Part shown: piece after piece, positions 56,993 to 64,000 of the stretch
Numbering within the stretch: the first letter of the stretch is position 1
Layout of the letters: each line of letters begins with the position of its first letter
The notes under the pieces: generated by a model
Databases searched by the model: none
The model's input: only the letters and a program-made list of their open reading frames with translations
What the model was told of the DNA's origin: nothing
Translations under genes and position numbers: made by a program
Assembly: GCA_000004695.1 (NCBI GenBank)
Contig: CM000152.2
Span: 3,712,001-3,776,000, forward strand
Source: Dictyostelium discoideum
Taxonomy: Eukaryota
DNA length: 64,000 nt
Direction of reading: 5' to 3'

Positions 56993-58724
56993 AAAAGTTG
57001 GTGCCGGTGAAGATTATGATATGTCAGATATGGATGAAAGTAATTTAGAAGTAGATCATATTTTAGATACTGATGACGAAATTGATGAAGATGATGAAGA
57101 TCATGATGATTCTGTAAATAGAAATGAAAAATTCGAAAAAAGATTTGATGATACTGATACTGATAGCGATAGCGATAGCGAAAGTGATAGTGATAGTGAT
57201 AATGAATCAAATGAAGATGAAAAATCAGATGACAAAGTTGCTAAATTTGAAAAAGATGATGAATCATCATATGATATCAATAACATTGATGAAGATGAAG
57301 ATGACGAAGATGAAGATGAAGATGACGAAGAAGAAGGAAAAAGAGAAGGAAAAAGAGAAAAATATGATGATGATGATGATGATGATAAAGAAGAAGATGA
57401 TGATGATGAAGAAGAAGAGTCACTTGATTTAGAAGATCCATTATATGAACAACGTGTGGTTGGAAATCAAGCTGAACAAGAAGCTCAAAAAATTCAAGAT
57501 AGTTATCTCACTAAAGGTGATTATCAATTCTTGGAAGATATGGAGGATATTACCGATACATTATTCTTAACAATGGATACAGATCAAATTAATGATGATT
57601 ATGAAGATGATGATGAAAAAACTCAAAATGATCTTCTTGTTGATGAAGAAATCACTTTTGGTGATTTAGAACTTGACGATAAATATACACTTGGTGATGA
57701 AACCGTTGAATTCCAAGAAGATGGAGATGAACTCGCTCCATTCCGTATTGATGATATCGATTTTCCAAGAATCGATAGATCAAAGATGACCAAAGAAGAA
57801 GTTATCAAATCCATTATTGAAGAGTACTCAATTTTCAATATGGGTAATGGTGAAAATACGGCTTCAGATGGAACCAGAAAAAAATTAACTCCAACTCAAA
57901 TCGAAGAAATAAAAACAAAAATAATGCAAATGAACATTGAAAGAAAGGAGAAGATTGAATTAATAAATAGTATTAGAGAGGAACAAAGAAGAGACGACGA
58001 CGAAGAGGATGATGGAAGAAGATTTGCTTATAATGGTGTAGAAATCAATAGTGAAGGTAAAGTAGATGACAGTGAAGAAGCTGAAGATGAAATGGGCTTC
58101 TTTGTTGATGAAACTCATTTCAATATCACTCATCCATCAGGTATTCAAAAATTAGATACCGTCTTTGAAGAAATGGAGATAATGGATTTGATCGAAGGTA
58201 CCTACGAAGAAGATTTAGATCTCCTTAGAGCTGAAGCCGATATGTATGCAAGAAGAACCGCCAGAAAGGTTAAAAACTTAGCCAAGAAACGTGAATTCGC
58301 CAAAAAAATGAAAGCCAAACAAATTGAAGACTTGAAATTAAATCCACCAGTTAAAGAACCATACAAAATCGCTCCATTACGTCCAATCGGTCACAATGTT
58401 TATACAAACGTTTTAGCTCCACCAAACTCTTACCTTAGACTCAATGATCCAAAATACAAACCAGCCGACGAAAAGAGAAATCAAAAAATCATCCAAGAAT
58501 CTTATCGTGCTCTCTCTTCAAATCCATTCTATGGTGTTAAACAAGCTAACTTTGCTGTAAAGTCAATCAACAAAGAATTGAATACCTATGAAGGTTATAA
58601 GAAATATCGTCAACATCAACTTAAAAATGCTCAACCAATTCCATCACCAATCCTTTCAAGACCAGATATGTTGGTAGAACCAGATAAACTTAATCAATTT
58701 AATAGTTTCTATAATGATAATTAA
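54917..58724 (+). CDS. Hypothetical large protein with an N-terminal mitochondrial-presequence-like segment and a very acidic low-complexity middle. Two overlapping frames: 54917..55213 in one frame and 55135..58724 in the next.
   Basis: ORF1 'MVWRKLPNAVLKQKYSLVQHRILLRNQIRTFSTNS...' is basic and hydroxylated with no acidic residues, like a mitochondrial targeting sequence. The 1161-aa main frame has no ATG until 'MKEIFAENN' at about 55273 but is open from 55135. The two frames would fuse by deleting one A from the A7 run at about 55165-55171. The main ORF has a conserved-looking N-terminal 450 aa and C-terminal 250 aa flanking D/E/S repeats. I recognise no family. Confidence 0.5.
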
Positions 58725-58747
58725 TAATTCAATATAATAATAATATA

Positions 58748-58778
<31 letters not shown>

Positions 58779-59009
58779 ATAATAATAATAATAGTAATAT
58801 CATCATTAAACAAATAAAAATAAAAAAAAAAAAAATATTCATAAAAATCTCTTTAGTTTTATTTTTTTTTTTATTGTTTAGATAAATATATTTCCAAAAA
58901 ATTGAAAATAAAAAAAAGTGAATATATTAAAGATAAATAAAGACACACATAAATTTATTTTATTGTATTTTTTAAAGAAAAAAAAAGAAAAAAGTTTTTA
59001 AAAGTTGAT

Positions 59010-62818
<3,809 letters not shown>

Positions 62819-63099
62819 TGTTATTATTATTTTTTTTTTTTTTTAAACTTTCCTATTTTTTTTTTTTTTTTTTTTTTCACTGATAAATATATAATTATTA
62901 TTTTTATTATTAAACTATAATGGTTTATGATTTATGATTTATGATTTTACTATTATGATTGTTGTGGTTGTTATTAACTATTGATACTAATTTTAAAATT
63001 AAGACTAATTAACTATTGGAAATTAAAAGAAAAAAATAAAAATAAAAAAAAAAAAAAAAGCTTTTTATGAGTTTAATATCTTGTCAATGGATAAAAAAA

Positions 63100-63132
<33 letters not shown>

Positions 63133-63562
63133 TAAAAAAAAAAAAAAAGATAAATGTGGTTGAAAATTTATTAAAAAAAAAAACAAAAATAAAAATTTAA
63201 AAAAATAAAAAAAAATAAAAAATAATAAAAAAAATAAAAAATAATAAAAAAAATAAAAATTAAAAAAAAAAATCAATTAGTTGTTACTTAAAAAAATAAG
63301 AATTTAATTTTCTAAAAAAAAAAAAAAAAAAAAAAAAAACTTATTTTCAGGAGTTCAAAGAAAAAATAAAGAAAAAAGATATAATTATAAACAAAGTAAA
63401 AAAGTAAATTAGGTGTAAAATAATAAAAAAAAAAATAAATAAACAATTGAACAGAAATAAAAATAAAAAAAAACACAAATTATATTTTTAGATTTTTTTT
63501 TATTTTTATTTTTTATTATTTTTTTATTTTTTTTTTTTCCCCTATAATTTTGAAACTAATAA

Positions 63563-64000
63563 TTATAAAGAAGATAAAAATCTTTCACAATCTAAAGCAG
63601 CCATACAACCATTACCAGCGGCGGTGATAGCTTGTCTGTAGACTTTATCTTGAACATCACCACAAGCGAAAACACCTTCAACGTTTGTTTTGGTGGAACC
63701 TGGTTGAGTGATGATGTAACCAGTTTCATCGGTATTGAGTTGACCATTTAAGAAGGCAGAATTTGGTGTGTGACCAATGGCATAGAATAAACCTTGAGCG
63801 TCGAGATTTGAGCTTACTTTAGTTTCAGAGTTGTAAATACCAACAGAGGTAACGGATTTTTCACCTTTGATTTCGACCAAAGTGGTATCCCAAAGAACTT
63901 CGATCTTTGGGTTAGAGAAAACTTTTTGTTGCATTGCTTTTGAGGCACGCATAACATTACGACGGACCAATAAAGTAACTTTTGAGGCGAAATGAGTTAA
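63563..64000 (-). CDS. trrA: Thioredoxin reductase (low-Mr type), 3' portion. The gene continues beyond the window end.
   Basis: The C-terminal sequence '...GVFACGDVQDKVYRQAITAAGNGCMAALDCERFLSSL*' is the canonical thioredoxin-reductase NADPH-domain tail. The stop is at 63563 and the frame is still open at 64000. Confidence 0.75.
   Translation of the reverse strand, partial: LTHFASKVTLLVRRNVMRASKAMQQKVFSNPKIEVLWDTTLVEIKGEKSVTSVGIYNSETKVSSNLDAQGLFYAIGHTPNSAFLNGQLNTDETGYIITQPGSTKTNVEGVFACGDVQDKVYRQAITAAGNGCMAALDCERFLSSL

Overview
This 64 kb window is eukaryotic nuclear DNA and reads like Dictyostelium discoideum. Three things point that way: it is very AT-rich with long poly(A)/poly(T) intergenic tracts; coding regions carry (AAT)n poly-Asn, (CAA)n poly-Gln and ACN poly-Thr runs; and introns are short and AT-rich with GTAAGT/GTATGT donors and AG acceptors. 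I found no tRNA, rRNA, CRISPR array or intact transposon.

The ORF track calls starts at TTG and GTG as well as ATG, so I re-derived start codons and exon junctions by hand, and several of the genes below are multi-exon models.

Genes I can support:
- a Kelch-repeat plus C-terminal RING-finger protein (two exons)
- an M20D-family amidohydrolase
- two small multi-exon membrane proteins
- a ubiquitin-ribosomal L40 fusion
- a large secreted PDI-like protein with two thioredoxin folds
- RuvB-like 2 (reptin), where the ATG is followed directly by an intron
- a large bromodomain protein whose reading frame is broken by one in-frame TAG and one frameshift before a C-terminal AT-hook
- an EGF-like, GPI-anchored mucin-like glycoprotein
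- a YggU/DUF167 protein
- RRP12 (four exons)
- a multi-exon helical protein of unknown function
- an acidic protein with a mitochondrial-presequence-like N-terminal ORF in a different frame
- a FYVE-finger plus Vps34-like PI3-kinase fusion
- the 3' part of a thioredoxin reductase

The most notable region is 28.7-44.3 kb. It holds a head-to-tail tandem array on the minus strand of four intact ~940-980 aa paralogs of an uncharacterised family. Three carry an N-terminal SAP-like DNA-binding motif and the fourth has lost it. All have Thr-rich tracts whose length varies between copies, and a fifth, decayed copy sits at the end of the array.

Several non-coding structures are also worth a look:
- a 58-bp tandem repeat just upstream of the third paralog
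- two long inverted-repeat hairpins in the intergenic DNA upstream of the YggU gene, one with a 42-bp tandem duplication
- a perfect 17-bp inverted repeat just beyond the paralog-1 stop, between that gene and the YggU gene
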